From Carcharhinus amblyrhynchos (Eukaryota), in contig OZ336885.1 in assembly GCA_965287045.1 (NCBI GenBank), positions 61,442,001 to 61,506,000 on the forward strand: a stretch of 64,000 nucleotides of DNA, written 5' to 3'. Each line of letters begins with the position of its first letter. The stretch's first letter is position 1. A model generated the notes under the pieces. That model had not been told where the DNA came from. It worked only from the letters and a program-made list of their open reading frames with translations, and searched no databases. Below are positions 13,901-27,239 of the stretch, piece by piece. The translations under genes and the position numbers were made by a program.

Positions 13901-14600
13901 GACGACAAACGGGACGCCATTTATCTATGGGGATTTTCAGCTTTTCAAGCGTACGTATTGAACAAACCATGCTAACTGAAATTGCCTGCATGAGCGAGGA
14001 GTCCGTACAGACAAAATGTATCATGAAAGGACAGACCAATTATTCTCCAGAATCAAAGCTTACAGGCTTCCGTTTTAATTGTAGGACTATGCTTCACGTG
14101 ATGACGGAAATAGCGTCGGCAGAGCTGTTGATGGGCCAACATCTTTTTCGGCTGGTCTTTATCTGAATTTCCCAACTTTGCCGGCAATGCAAAATTAACA
14201 TAGGAAGCGAAGAAAATGGGCCTTGATGGTTTCAAACAGGATACGTTTCAGACTTAAAGATGCATTCCACAAGCGAGGCTTCGGCATTAGGTAACCATGG
14301 GCTGGAGAGGTAATTCTCAAGAAAACAGGACCGTTGCCTTACAAGGTAAAAAACGAGGAGATGACCCGAACAAACACGTCAATCAATTCCGTCACAACGT
14401 TGCCTGCGCAGAGGCACTTGACTCTGCAGGCTCGTCACTATTTGTTTTCAGCACACTGACATGTGGATGGAAAATTCTGCCTTCTAAAATTTCAATACCC
14501 AGACACCAGGAAGAAGAGTATCATGGCTCAGGCGTGGCACAGTAACACTAATGAAAGGTTGCCACCAAGGAATATTTCACTGTAGTGCCCCTCGACTGGC
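10910..14600 (-). pseudogene. Decayed multi-ART gene, unit 3 (modules ~13930-14600, 12760-13850, 11890-12531; 27-nt mini-exon 11337-11363)
   Basis: Module 1: AKLGNS, TLF, SFDSGE*LVCPF. Module 2: PIHFNMG, GCTQYDTTFDTKVLLF*LIR, MKFGVIVIAS, GGTLL. Module 3: SLEGTNN..LCSKMVNHV, SHFALGLS, SHEEVL, TKFEV, with an AG acceptor at 12532-12533 and a GTGAGT donor below 11890. Confidence 0.7.
13110..13390 (-). mobile_element. tRNA-derived SINE inserted into an ART module
   Basis: ccagagaacccagagcaaatcca..gcactgtgaggcagctgtgcgaac; it separates the N- and C-terminal motif halves of one module. Confidence 0.75.
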
Positions 14601-15229
14601 CTTTTTTGAAGAGACATACACCTATCCGTCAGATGCCTTTAAGCACAATCTACGCGTGACGGAAATAAGCCTAACGGGATAGAGAAACAGAAAACTCAGT
14701 TTTCATGGGAGGGTAACAATATCCTCGAGGTAGGTATAAGCGGACTTGGGAGGGGGGTTGGGGGGGGGGCGGAGTTGGTACCGCCCCGAGTTCCACCAAT
14801 CGAACTCTGGTGTGTCTTGTTGGATATATTTTGCCCTGTAACAGCAAATCGCGGCCGAGCTGGAACTCATTACACGTGCTCATTATGAGGCTGTCCTATG
14901 TCAGAACCTGCTGAACTATAATCACAGGGAAACACCAGTGCATGCACACTCTAGTAGTGGTTTTAGTTTGTAATAAACAATGTTCGTTTCCATTCTGGCG
15001 GCCTGGGTTATTACATATGGTATTTCCAGGGCATGCATTATCATTGGTTGGGTTTAATATGTGTCCAGAGTAACAAGGTGTATTACCACTTCATTTACAA
15101 AAAAAAGTCGTCTAACCTTAGGTTTTCACACCTCAATTATCAAGAATGCTGCGTGTGTTGGGCTCAAATAAGTTTTATTTGACACTGCGACGAACAATTG
15201 TCTTATCTAACGTTAGTAATTTGAAAAAT

Positions 15230-16920
15230 GATTTTATGTATTTCTGGCGCCGCACTTATTAGTTGCAGCAATTTTCTGGCATCCTGCATTGGAAACCGAA
15301 TGGCCATAGCTGAAATAATCACTGAATGAAAGCTTAAGAGGGAGCACAATTATTTAATTTCATGCTGATTCAGTAATAAATATTCTTAACTTGTTCCTAA
15401 TATCCGAATCGTTCGACATTTTTGTTACCTCTCCTGCTCTGCGGTGTGTATTATGGAGTCTGTATGTGTTAATTGGGGATAATTAGGACAGTTCTTAAAT
15501 GTTTGCCCAAAAGTAATTTCAATATAGTTACCATTCTCCTCGTTCTTCAAATTTTCCTCTAAGTATGAAAAAATGATTACTTAAACAATCATTTTCAATA
15601 AAATCCAGATTTCATGCAGCAGCTGTTGCTGTGTATCAACATCTTATCGTATCTACACGACGGTACAATAAAGAGAAACAATGTCACCACACCTGAATAA
15701 CAAAAGTGATTATTAATTTACCAGAACTCCATTAGGTCGTCGTTTAATGAATTGCTTACTGCAACCTGCTTCAAATGTGTATGGGCCCGTCAGCGCCGCC
15801 CCAGCGACACCTCCCACCTCTCTATTGCAAACTTGATTTTTTTTATTGTTTTCTTACAGTAAAGAATTACTACACTGGTTACTACCACGAGCGAATTTCA
15901 AAGCAAATTCTAAGTATTCTTTCAACCGAACATTTGAAACTGCGCCCTGTGCTGCCATGCGGAATTCTAGTGGAGAGCATTAGTATGCAATATTGTTTTT
16001 AGCGCTTTGCAATCGCCATCCATCTCTCCACGAAACTTTTATTCCTAGAGCTATAAATGTCCACAATAAGATGCGATACAGAGCTATATCAAATGCACTT
16101 TGGAAGTCCATTCAAGCAAAACCAGTCGAGGCAAACCTCTACATTCCTCTAGCCGAAACGATTAAGTATGATTTTGTTTCATCCAATCCAAACTGGCTTT
16201 CCTTAGTTCACAATACCTTGTCCAAATGGTTGTCAATATCCTATCAATGTATTCTGAAAGCATCACCGGTATTCAGGTTGCAGAACTGTGTTTTTTTTTG
16301 GTCAGAAACTGCTGCATCAGTTGCAAATCTTTGTCCCTGGAGCAGAATCCTGTTCGTTCCTTCTTAACGGATAATGTCAGTGTCTTTACAATTTACCTGG
16401 AAAACCTTATTATATTTAATAACGTTCAGCCTAAATGACAGCTCATCATGATCAACATTAGTCAAAACACAGTTTTAGCCTGGCTTACGTATGACTTGGA
16501 CAATTCTTTACCATTGTCGTTGACATGCAAATCAATCATTGAATAATCCACCAATGCAACGTCCCGCCTTGAATATATTCCACCTTCGGTAACTATTCCA
16601 TCAAATTTCTACTATTAGCGTATTTTCTTTACAATTTACATGGAAGTAAATTATATCGTCAAAAAAAAAATGACTGTGACTGTCTCACACATTAGCTCCT
16701 TGTTTATTCTTTAACTGAATTAGGCATTTTTTTTTCCAGTCGATCTCCTGGACATATTATTCATTTGACTTTATCTGGACACAACGCATTTCCTCATTCA
16801 TAATGCATTTTCTTTATGTTTATGAGATATTAATATTTCATGTTGACCACACCTAATTGCTTGTTTGTTGATCATCTCAATGGGCAGTTGTGAAGCAATA
16901 CGTAGGAGTCACGAGGTAAG
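15230..16920 (+). pseudogene. Decayed multi-ART gene, unit 4 (modules ~15230-15700, 15860-16420, 16480-16920)
   Basis: SLNESLRG..FHADSV; then ttcttacAG at 15859 followed by KNYYTGY..ILSTE, SLHETF, RYRAISNALWKSIQ, ETIKYDFVSS, HNTL; then YDLDNS..TCKSIIE. Confidence 0.6.
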
Positions 16921-17154
16921 AATGGCGCTATCTTTTGATGCAGTGCAAGGGTGAACCAGGTTTGTATTTCTTCAAACAGTGATTGTTTTAATGTCACAAT
17001 TACAAGCTTATTTTTCAAAATAATTTGTATTTCAATACTACCAATTGCCCTGTTGGAAATCGAAATTACTTCACCTCAGGATCAACAGGCCATCGTCGTA
17101 ACCTAAGTATTCTTTCGGAAAATTATGGTTAATGATTAGCATTAGTTTAATTTA

Positions 17155-17225
17155 CAAACACAAACACACACACACAAGCTGACAGACAGACAGATACACA
17201 CACACAAAAACACACACACACACAT
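17155..17225. repeat. (CA)n/(GACA)n microsatellite
   Basis: Visible repeats. Confidence 0.9.
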
Positions 17226-17689
17226 GATTTAACACAGGTAACGTATTTGTGAGTTAATGACAGAATAAATACACTGCTTGAAAACACTTCGAATTATTTG
17301 CATAAGACAGAGTCACGTTGTTAGATCCTGTACATGTAAATGAGGGTAGATCAAGTTTAAATCGCTTCACACAGTCAAACCTTATTGAAACACTATGTTT
17401 CTAACAAACAAGATTTCGGAATGTCTTATCATCTGAATTTAATACACGATTAACAATTGCCATGTTTACATTAACTCAGTTTAAATGTGTGGTGTTTTAG
17501 ATAAAGAACAAATGCATTTGGTTAACTGTGGACTTCATATTAGGAAGTACTGGTACAGTGGAGGCACTGATTCAATATATTTCCTGAGTATTCATGGTGG
17601 ACGACACGAGTTTACCAATATTAAGAAAAAAAAACAAGTGAAATTAATTGTGGAACTTCGAGCGACCAACTTCACTAAGGAAAATGTGT

Positions 17690-20600
17690 GAGCAAACTGT
17701 TGGTAATGAAAACAAGAAAGTGTCCACGGCCTGAACGAGCTGTATCAAATGGTTTTCAAGGAGACTGCGTTGAAAGGTGGTTAATCCAAGTATAATACTC
17801 CATAGCGTCTTGGGTGCACGAAGGTCCAATGGATTGCAGAAATGCTAATGTGAAGTTTTTACGCAAAAATCGATGGCTGTAAAATGTAGAAACTAAACTT
17901 CCATTTATTGGTAATGTGTAGTTTGGAATATTTTAGAATCCATTATAAATGACATAATAACAGGGTATCTTGGAACACAAATGCGATTTTTTGTATCAGC
18001 ATGATTTTAGGGTTGAAAAGAAATAAACATATGGGGGGTTGTGTGTTCAGAATTTTGGAATGTTCTGACCAGCCATGAAGAAAACTAGTTGCGGAGCAGG
18101 CTAGAAGGGCGCAATTGCTTGGTCCTGCTTATATTTTCTGTTGTAGTATGTTTAAAGAAGTACGAATTATGTTTGACTAATTTCCTTGAGTTATTGAACA
18201 ACATGTACAATTTTGTAGATGTATGATATCTGGACTTCCAGGTGGCATTTGTCAGGCGCCAAGCAAAAGGACTTACACAGAATGTACGTTCGCATCTGAT
18301 GAGTGTAATTTAACAGCATGTTCAGAGGTTGGGCTAAACAGCACACCGTTCAAACGTGGCTTTTACAAACTGACAAGATGTAACTAATGGGGTGCCATGC
18401 GTTGGGTTAGTCGTTCTCAATTATTTACAACTTTATCAATAACTTGGATACAGTGATAATTGGCACCATAACTAAATTGCACATTGCAATAAAATGGGTG
18501 CCGTAGTAAGACGTGATAATGAATTAAGAAATTTATGAATGGATATATTAAGTGACCGCAGCAAAATTTAGCAAATGGCATTGAGCATGAACTATGAGGA
18601 TATCCCATGACATTCCAAAAATGTAACGTTTTATCAAAGTGGTAGGAAATTTCGTAACGCATTACTGTAGAGGATTCAAGCTTTCCTGGTGCATGAATAA
18701 CAAACAATTAATTACCAGATAAAATTGATAATAAGGGGGAAAATGACAGTTGTCATTAATTGACAAGAATTGAGAAGCATAAACGAGGATCTAATTGATA
18801 TGTAAAATAATCCGAAAAAAGATAGTCAAAATCACCGTGGAGATGAGTTTTCTTCTTGTAGGGCAAATTCAAAGAAGAGGGCGTAGATTTAAGTCAAGCG
18901 GTCGTTGAATTAAAACCAAAATGAGGAGAAATTTATTGGAGTAACATAGGTTTACAACATTGAAACAAGCCCTTCGGCCCCACTTGTCCATCAGGACCCT
19001 TTTTAAACTACGAAACTAGACCCAATTGCCCCCGTTTGGCCCATATCCTTCTATAGCAATTTTACTCCCTAACTGTTAAAAGACAGCATTTACCCGCCTG
19101 TACCACTCCCTCTGGTAGCTGCTTCCTGACACTCACCACCATTTATGTGAAAACAAAACGGTCCTCTTGACTCCCTTGCATCTGTATCCTCTCACCATAA
19201 ACCTATGTTTTAGTTTTAGATTCCCCTACCTTTGGGAACAGACATAGACTATGTAGCTGATCTACGCCCTGTCAGTAATTTATAGAACTCCACAAGAACA
19301 CCAGTAAGCCTCATACGCTCCAGAAAAAAAAGTCCCAGTCTATCCAACCTCTCCTTATAACGCAAACCATCAAGTCCCGGTTGAATCCTAATAATTCGTT
19401 TTAGTATAATAATACCGCTCTGTAACAGGGTGGCCAGAATTTTATACGGTATTCGACGTGCACCCTTGCAAAGTCTTATACAGCTTCAACAAGACATCCC
19501 AACTCCTGAATTAGATGTTTTCACCAATGAAACCATGCATGCTCTATGCCTAGTTCACCACTCTGTCCACCTGTGACGCCACTTTCAAGGAGCTGTGTAC
19601 CTGTATCCCCAGATTTGGTTGCTCTAAAAGTCTCCCGAATGCCCTGCCACGAAGTGAGTAAGTTCTGCCCTGATTCGATCTACCAAAATGCATCACCTAG
19701 ATTAATATAATTTAAGCTCCCTAAGCCATTCGTCAGTCTACTCGCCCAATTGATCAAAACCCCGTTGCAACCCTACACATCCACTTCTCTGTCCACTATG
19801 CGACCAACTTTCTGTCATCTGGAAACGTACTGACCATATCTTCTAAATTTCCATCCAGATCATTAATTTAAATGATATACATTTCAGTCTATGGAAGTGG
19901 CACAGATCCCAGAGGCACACCACTGGTCACATGCTTCCATTCTCAAAAAAACCCAAGAACCGTCCTTCTATGTTATGTCGTCAAGTCAACTCTGTATCCA
20001 TTTGGCTACCTCACCCTGGATCCCGTGAGATTTAACATGATGCAACGTCATATCACGCGGGGCCTTCTCATACCACTTGCTAAATCGACGCAGACAACAA
20101 CAACTGCACTGCCCTCATCGAACCTCCTGGTTACCCCTTGAAAAACTCAATCAAATCTGTGAGAAAAGATTTTCCACTCACAAAGCCATGCTGGCTGTAC
20201 CTGATCACATATTGAATCGTTAAATGTCCGCAGCTGCTACCTCGCAGAATACCCTCTATCAACGTGCCGGCTACAGATGTGGGGCTCATCGACTTTTCGT
20301 TCCCAGGCTTTTCCCTGCAGACACTCTTAAAGAAAGGTGCAACATTTGCCACCCTCCATTCTTCAGTCACCTCGCCCGTGGCTGTCGATGACTCAAGTAT
20401 ATCTGCTGGGGGGACTTGCAATTTATTTCCTGGACTCCCACAGCGTCTTCGGATATACGTCAGGTCAAAGTGATTTAACTGCCTTGACGCGCTTTAAATT
20501 TGCAAGTTCCTCCTTTTCTGTTATATGTACAGCCCTCATGACATCATTTAGTTCCCCAAGTCCTCTAACATCCATGCTTTTCTCAACAGTAAACATTGTT

Positions 20601-21095
20601 GAGTAAAATTCATTTGGGATCTCACCCATCTTTTGTGGATCTCCACATTGATGACCTCATTGATCCTTAAGAGGCCCTACTCTCTCCCTAGTTTCTCGTT
20701 GTCCTTTATGTATTTATGGAAGCCGTTTTTATTATCGTTTGCATTATCTGCCAAAGCAATCTCGTGTCCCCATTTCACCTTCCTGATTTATCTCTTAACT
20801 CTACTTTTACACGATGTATATTCTTCAATTTATCCACTTGGTCCTAGCTTCCGATGCATATGTCTGTTTAATGGTCTTGGGACTGTGGAATTCCATACTC
20901 GATAATGCCTAGAATTTGAATAATTGTAAAGAATAACTGGGCAGGTATTTACTGAGGACACGTTTGAAAATCGAGAGTGAATGGCCATGCAATTGGAGTT
21001 GAGTCGGAGATGAGATCAGCAATGGTCCTATAAAACGGCGAAGAAGGCTCCAAAGCTTAAATTGTCTACTTCTTCTGTTAGTTCGTATGCTTCTT
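17690..21095 (+). mobile_element. Old degraded CR1 LINE, interrupted by an antisense CR1
   Basis: RT-like remnants (gatatctggacttccaggtggcatttgtcagg) at 17690-18940; the 3' UTR-like part resumes at ~20870-21095. Confidence 0.6.
18942..20860 (-). mobile_element. Medium-age CR1 LINE (antisense)
   Basis: Tail and 3' end (gcccttcggccc) at 18942-19100. ORF 20131-20421 reads GEVTEEWRVANVAPFFK..SQHGFVSGKSFLTDLIEFF. Confidence 0.9.
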
Positions 21096-21569
21096 TAAAA
21101 ACTGGTGGCTAAATACGTTATCTGTATGATCAGTGGTAATCAGTGGTAAAAGTAATTACTTTTGGTAATTAACGTTGTTGGTTCCGTAACCTCTTAAACA
21201 TAGTTCACTGAAGACTATATATGAACTGAAATTATAAAAAAATACTACTTACCGTCTCACATGTTGAACACCATTTCCCGTTTTGCACTTAGATTGTATA
21301 CACACATGCTGTATGCCATTTGATTACGACCTCTTTTCTCATCGCCTATTCACTACATAATTATTGGTGGCACATTTGTCCCTGTATCCAAACAATATGC
21401 ATGCTTCTGAAGAAAAACAGTCAAGAAGTATATCTTTGGTCACTCAATTCAGTTATCTTGTTGCATTTCTCGAGGGCTGTTAAAATAAATAATAAACGTT
21501 TGAATAGCATGACCTCAGAGACCTGCGTATCAACAGCAAACAGGAATATCAAAGATTTATAGAGTCACA

Positions 21570-21880
21570 GAATTTCCTATAGTACAAAAGGAAGCCATTT
21601 GGCCCATCGAGTCCGTTCCTGATCATTTTTCACCCAGGCCCTATTACTATTATCACGCACAACTACTTTGCTAATTCCCCTGTCACCATGGCTAATTAAG
21701 CATCGCCAATCAATATAGCTCGCAAACCATTCGACTCTGGGAATTAACTGGAGTGCTCGGAAGAAAGACATGTGGACACGGAGAGAATATGCATATTCTG
21801 CAAATACAGTGACCAGCGGCCGGATTTGCACCCTGTCCGTGGCGCTGTGAGCCGCAGTGCGAACCACTGTGCTACCGTGA
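21570..21880 (-). mobile_element. tRNA-derived SINE
   Basis: ggccatttggcccatcgag-type tail and ..gcagtgcgaaccactgtgctaccgtg head (reverse complement). Confidence 0.75.
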
Positions 21881-22089
21881 TACAAATTGCTGAACGACCA
21901 GTAGAAACACGTCTATCGACAGCACTAGCTCACATTCCAAGGGCGTCATCGGATGCAATCTTCCAGTATGAAAATTAGCTTTAGATTCACTTTTCAAATA
22001 TATTAGAAACACTCAGTTTCCAAACTGAACGGATGGACGGCTGTTTGTACTGTTTCACAGAGACATGGTTCACTCCTGCTTCACCGGAC

Positions 22090-22850
22090 TATGGACCCTG
22101 ACAGCAAAAATCTCTCCCTGGCTGTCAGCAAACAAAAGGAGATAGTCAGCGACTTCAGGAAGCACACTGGAGGACATGCCCCTGTCTCGTTTAATCGAAA
22201 GAATGTAGTAATACTCGAGAGTTTAAAGCATTTATTTGTCCAGATCTCCCACAATTTTCGTCGTCCCCACCATGCCGACATTTTAGATAAGAAAACCCTC
22301 CAGCCCCATCCTCAGAAGATTGGGGAAATATCGCTTGTCCGCTCCTAACCTCAGAAACTTTTACAGATGCAATATGGAGCATATTCTTTCTGGCTGCATG
22401 ATAGCCTGGCATGGCCCCTACTTTTTCCAAGGTAACAGGGAACTGCAAATGGCCGTGAATAAAGCCCAGTCCATCACTCAACGTAACCTCCCACCCATGG
22501 AAACTGTCTACACTTCCCGCTGATTCGGAAAAACAGCCAGCATACATAAAGTCACCACGCACCGCGGAATTTTCTCTTCCACTTTTCTTTTCCCGTCGGG
22601 AACATGATTCAACCGTCTGTGGACCAGTACCAACCGAATCAAGATCAGTTTATTCACTGCTGTCAACAAACTTTGCGTGGAACAATCTCGCGTTAAGTAG
22701 ATCTGTTACTACATCTTAGCAATGACTAAAGCTATATTTTGCACGCCCTCCGTTCCACCTCTATGAATGGTATGGTTTGTCTGCATAGCGTGGAAGAAAC
22801 GAAACTAATACATGTGGCAATGATAAAACATATCGTATCAAATCAAATCA
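22090..22850 (+). mobile_element. Rex1/Babar-like LINE 3' fragment
   Basis: NLSLAVSKQKEIVSDFRK, LRNFYRCNMEHILSGCMIAWHG, TNRIKISLF; (aaatc)n tail. Confidence 0.75.
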
Positions 22851-24565
22851 AGATTAACACGTAACAGTACAAAATCAAATATAAATTGTTTTTTGTTCTG
22901 TTGGGAAATGTTTTGACTTCAAGACGAAAAAAAAGGGAAAGCTAAAAGCGAAGGTAGACACATTTAATCCGAGGAATTCGTGAGATACTAGCAAGTACAT
23001 CCACAGATTGAAATAAGAAATACGTTATATGATATAATTGTCAGCACACTAAGAGAGATGAGGGCCATTATATGTGACAACCAGAGAGGCTGGTTTCCAT
23101 CGAGCAGAGAAATGAAATCTACACAAGCTAGTCCTTCTAATGTTCAGAAACAAAACATATTAAATGTGTCTTCTTTTGAAATTTCAGTTTGCTAAAACTG
23201 TTCAAGCTACCAGCACGAACGGTGTCCCAGACTAGCTAATCTAATCAGCGCTTTGTGGTAACGATGATCTGCCTTTCGCTTCTAGAGTTGCGTAAGGAGA
23301 TATGTTTCGAAAATAGGTGTCTCATTAATTTCATAGGACGTAAAAATAAGTTGGGAAAGAGTTGCGAGATTAGAGCTATGCAATTTATTCACCCGCCCAT
23401 GTACGTAAGTGCTATCATTTATGATAAACTTTCCATATAATGCATTCTCCAAGTTATCCATGAAGCCCTTAATGTAATTTCACTCAATGTTTTGTGGCTC
23501 AGCACATTATTCGAAATAAATATATACTTCTCACCACATAGCAGCACTTGAACTTGGAACACTCGCGCATATAACATCAGGAGGGTTCATAAATGTGTCT
23601 ATCAAGTCATCTGTTCATCATACGTTGTATATTATGTCAAAATGCACAATTTAAACAGCGGCTAAAAGTAACCGTTTTCCACCCAGCTGCACGCTTCACT
23701 TCAGACTAATGTATGTGCGTATAAATCGATCAACATAGCTGTTTTCCGGCGTTTCTGTCTGAGATGGACACCCAATTTCTTTTTAGTAAGTCCAGAAAAT
23801 TGGATTAAATAGTGCACCTGCGCAACGTTTTGTCATCTCGATTAATCCTGTTTTGCCATGTGTGCGAAGATAACAAAATTGTCACACACAAAAGATATTG
23901 GAATGGAACACATGATACCGACTTCCTCTTTTCCCTTAACGACCAAGAAAAAATCTCCACGAATTAATTGCTGATGGAGACATAAAATGCAAGCAGTTGA
24001 AAGCATAAATTGAACATTACGTTGCAGATAATTTAGCGATACACCTCAGGAACGTTCAGCTTATTCACTACTTATCTCAGCAAACCCAATCATGACTTCA
24101 TTCCGCACTCCATTTTTTTTTGTAAACCCAACCATCATATTCGATTGATTTCACTACCAACTGAGAAATAACATGCATTGTCGGAGTATCATGTGTGCAA
24201 CTTATCCCGAAGGAAAATATAAGAGGTTTGTATCAGCTTTTGGTCCGAGCGTCATGCTTCTCAATCTTGCTCTCCTGCTGCATCCCAAATTTCAGCAGAT
24301 GAAACTACTTTGGTGCCTTCTTCCAGCGACACGTTGTCAAAACTCATTGTGCAACCTGAATTTATGTATTTTTCTCTGCCAGTATTGGTTATCCACATGC
24401 GCATTCCCTGTACAGCTTTTCGGGGGCAAGATTTCTCCCCGAGGATCACAGGGTGATAAGCCGCTGACCCGTCCATAATCAAGAGGCATCTGAAATTAGT
24501 CGCTACGCTGAAAGTAGTCGCTATGACGACGTAGAACTAAAAATAAGTCTGTGACTTCGGAAACC

Positions 24566-24642
24566 TGTGTGTGTTTGTGTATGTGTGTGTGTGTGTGCGT
24601 GTGCGTGTGTGTGTGTGTATGTGTGTGTGTGTGTGACTGTGT
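24566..24642. repeat. (TG)n microsatellite
   Basis: Visible repeats. Confidence 0.95.
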
Positions 24643-25829
24643 GACTACTGTGCTCTATGTTCAACAGAGATCATGCTGTGGCAGACTAAATATCGAACTA
24701 ATCTTGAGCTACATCCTGTCATAAAAAAATGCAGAGTAGACGAAAATCAGACTGCGAGTTCCAGATGGCCAAAGATATAGATTAACCGAAACAAGAAGTT
24801 GTGCGTTATTGTTAACAGTTGTTTTCGAAGGAATGTGACTGGAAGTCATTGGTTGCTAGGGGAGCAAAAACGCCTAATGCATGTGACTGCCAAGCTGATG
24901 GTGGAATAACTGCACTTGTCTGCATGTTTAAAGTGTATAAATAGAAGGCTAACCAGCGCTCTAAAATCGAGAAGTTGACAACGTGCACTATGGGTGCCAA
25001 GCGCTTCTCCCAAAGCTTCGTTCAATAAACTGCATGTTGAATTTCTAAATCTGACTCCATGTGGTGATTTTCCCACATCAACGACAAATAGCGGACATCT
25101 TTTTCCATAAGGCTGCAATACACTCCAGCAGCTAAATCGCACAGCACTCCACATTAATCTTTATGCACTGGTATCAAGTAATTTCCAAAGTCGTTCACTT
25201 CACCTCGGATATTTTGATCAGCACTCTTCAGAAATCCTCCCAGAAATTCACTTTGTTTGTGTGGAAATTCCCCATGTTTCTTTTTGTGGTGGAACCATAG
25301 CTCCGACGTCTTGACTGAATCGCCATTATTTCTCTTCTGTGGCATTCATGCGAGAATCTGGATTGGTACAACAAACAATGAATTGCTGAATCTGCAGTAA
25401 AAACGTAGTGCATGAGTCAAGTTCTTGCAGAACTTTTGCAACATTCTTTTCTAGGTTCTTCGATGTGGGATCTTCACTTTTTGATTGAAGACCAGAGGTA
25501 ATTGTGTTGTGAGTTCCTCAACGATGACATTGTTCCAATTTTAAGGGATTCCAAGTACAAGAGATAATCGATTCTTTTGATCTAAGTATTGCAACTCATG
25601 AATTTTCAGGACATTCGAGATGTTGCCTGCCGCATACCAGCAAACCCTGAAAGGAAAACAACTACAACGTCGCTAAGCATGTTTATTCAGTAAAATTTAT
25701 ATCTTTATCAACGTACCTTAGTTAATTGGAAAACTATTTTAATCGTCTCAACTGCATTATTTCAGGCACTTTTTGACAAAAATAGTTGGCCACTTACTTT
25801 TTGAAATATAAACGTTTACGTATCAACTA

Positions 25830-26070
25830 CTCTCGACCTGCAGCCTCTTCAATATTTCATGTCCTTATCATATGACGACCAGCCCTGCACCCAATATACT
25901 AAATGTGGTCAGATGATAGATAATTGTTGTGTAGGATAACTTTAAATTGATCCTCGCCATTGATGTTTATTGGCACACTTTAATTTTGTGCACAAACAAC
26001 ATTTGCTTCTTTAAAATAGTCACGATGTCACAATTTATTAATCAGTTTCTGATCATTTTGTTCCTTGATG
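25830..26070 (-). mobile_element. Ancient CR1 RT fragment, shared with 44300-44560
   Basis: Reverse complement gaccacatttagtatattgggtgcagggctggtc is an RPHLEYCVQxWS-like remnant; the same remnant sits at the equivalent position in unit 7. Confidence 0.6.
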
Positions 26071-27239
26071 TCGAACTCACAATGGGACAACTGACCAATC
26101 AACGATCATCTTATTACTTACAGTGGCCGCCGTTTTAGATGGAAGTTAACCAATCAGCTGCTAGATAGAGCAACTGGACTTTAGAATTTGTGGCATGTCC
26201 ATTTGCTTATTGTTGGCAAAATAGGGGGGTTCTCGCACCCCTGTCTGAACAAAATGCATGGCACTTCATCAAGTAAACTCCTTTCACAGAATTTCACACA
26301 GATTGTTCCATCACTTTTTCTGCTAAAGTCCACTGGGTTTTTGTGAGCCCATATCTTCCAAACATAGGTCTTATCTAAGCATTCATCAGTGGAGATGCGT
26401 AGGCATTTCTGAAAACAAAACTCAAAAACCTTTTACTGTTTTAACCATTTCGTCTGCTCAAAGGAAGGAAACAATTGCATTTTTATAATCTGTATACTAA
26501 TTACTTTCAGGAATTAATAACGATTATCTGCATAAAGTTCTACGTGTATTTGAACGAACTTTTTTTTTATTCTGGCGCAAATTGCACTAAAGAAAACATA
26601 TGTCTGATTCTAGTTGCATAATGTATTATGATCACAGCACAGTGAAATGTAATTAATTGCAGGACATTCTTGGGAATTCACATTGAAACAAATGGTCCTT
26701 GTTGGTGTTGCCGCCGTGACATCCTTTGACACAGGGCTCCCGATTTTCCTTTATGTTCTCCATATGCAGCAGAAAAAAATATGAATTACAACAGCTTCTT
26801 CTTAGGTTTCCTGCTGTACGACTCTGATTTGGTGCATTAGGTTGCAATTCGATAGCGGGCAAAATCGTTAGACGGAAGAAAAATGGAATGGAAAGCGACT
26901 TAGCATTTATAATTGTTCAACAAGTTCAAGGTATTAACAAATTCCGGGTGGAGGGGGTGGGGAGGGGGGGGGAGGTTCTTAGTGGTTGACCGAATGAGCA
27001 TGCTACCGTTGTCTGAAAGACATTCAGTTGGCGAGTTTAGCAATAAAAGGTTGACGTTTTGTGGGGGCCATCTTCCACAAGGCTTTTGGGTCTTCCCGCT
27101 ACAATTGGTTGGCTCAGTTGTCTGCTTTTGGAGAAGTGTCCAGGGGAATACAATCGCACGTTTGTCGTAGTGTATGTATTTGCTATGTTTGACAGTCGAT
27201 GCAGCTCAAATCTGAAGCAGAAAAAAAGAACGCTGAATT

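Larger units (their letters stand above)
23250..26408 (-). pseudogene. Decayed multi-ART gene, unit 5 (5 modules: ~26100-26408, 25154-25646, 24810-25150, 23850-24489, 23250-23800)
   Basis: LDKTY/CLEDM; VLKIHEL..VFNQKVK..NLTHALR..HCLLY..FLGGFLK..YLIPV; LLNEAL..DFRALVSLL..KC; MPLDY..KSCPRK..MMVG..*LG; KCCYVVRSIYLF. Polypyrimidine-AG acceptors at 26409, 25647 and 24490. Confidence 0.72.

Noticed and set aside
15993-16070. LHETFIPRAINVHN resembling a LINE RT C-terminal motif
   Set aside because: No other LINE sequence or tail nearby; the context fits the ART LYxxFNxA segment.
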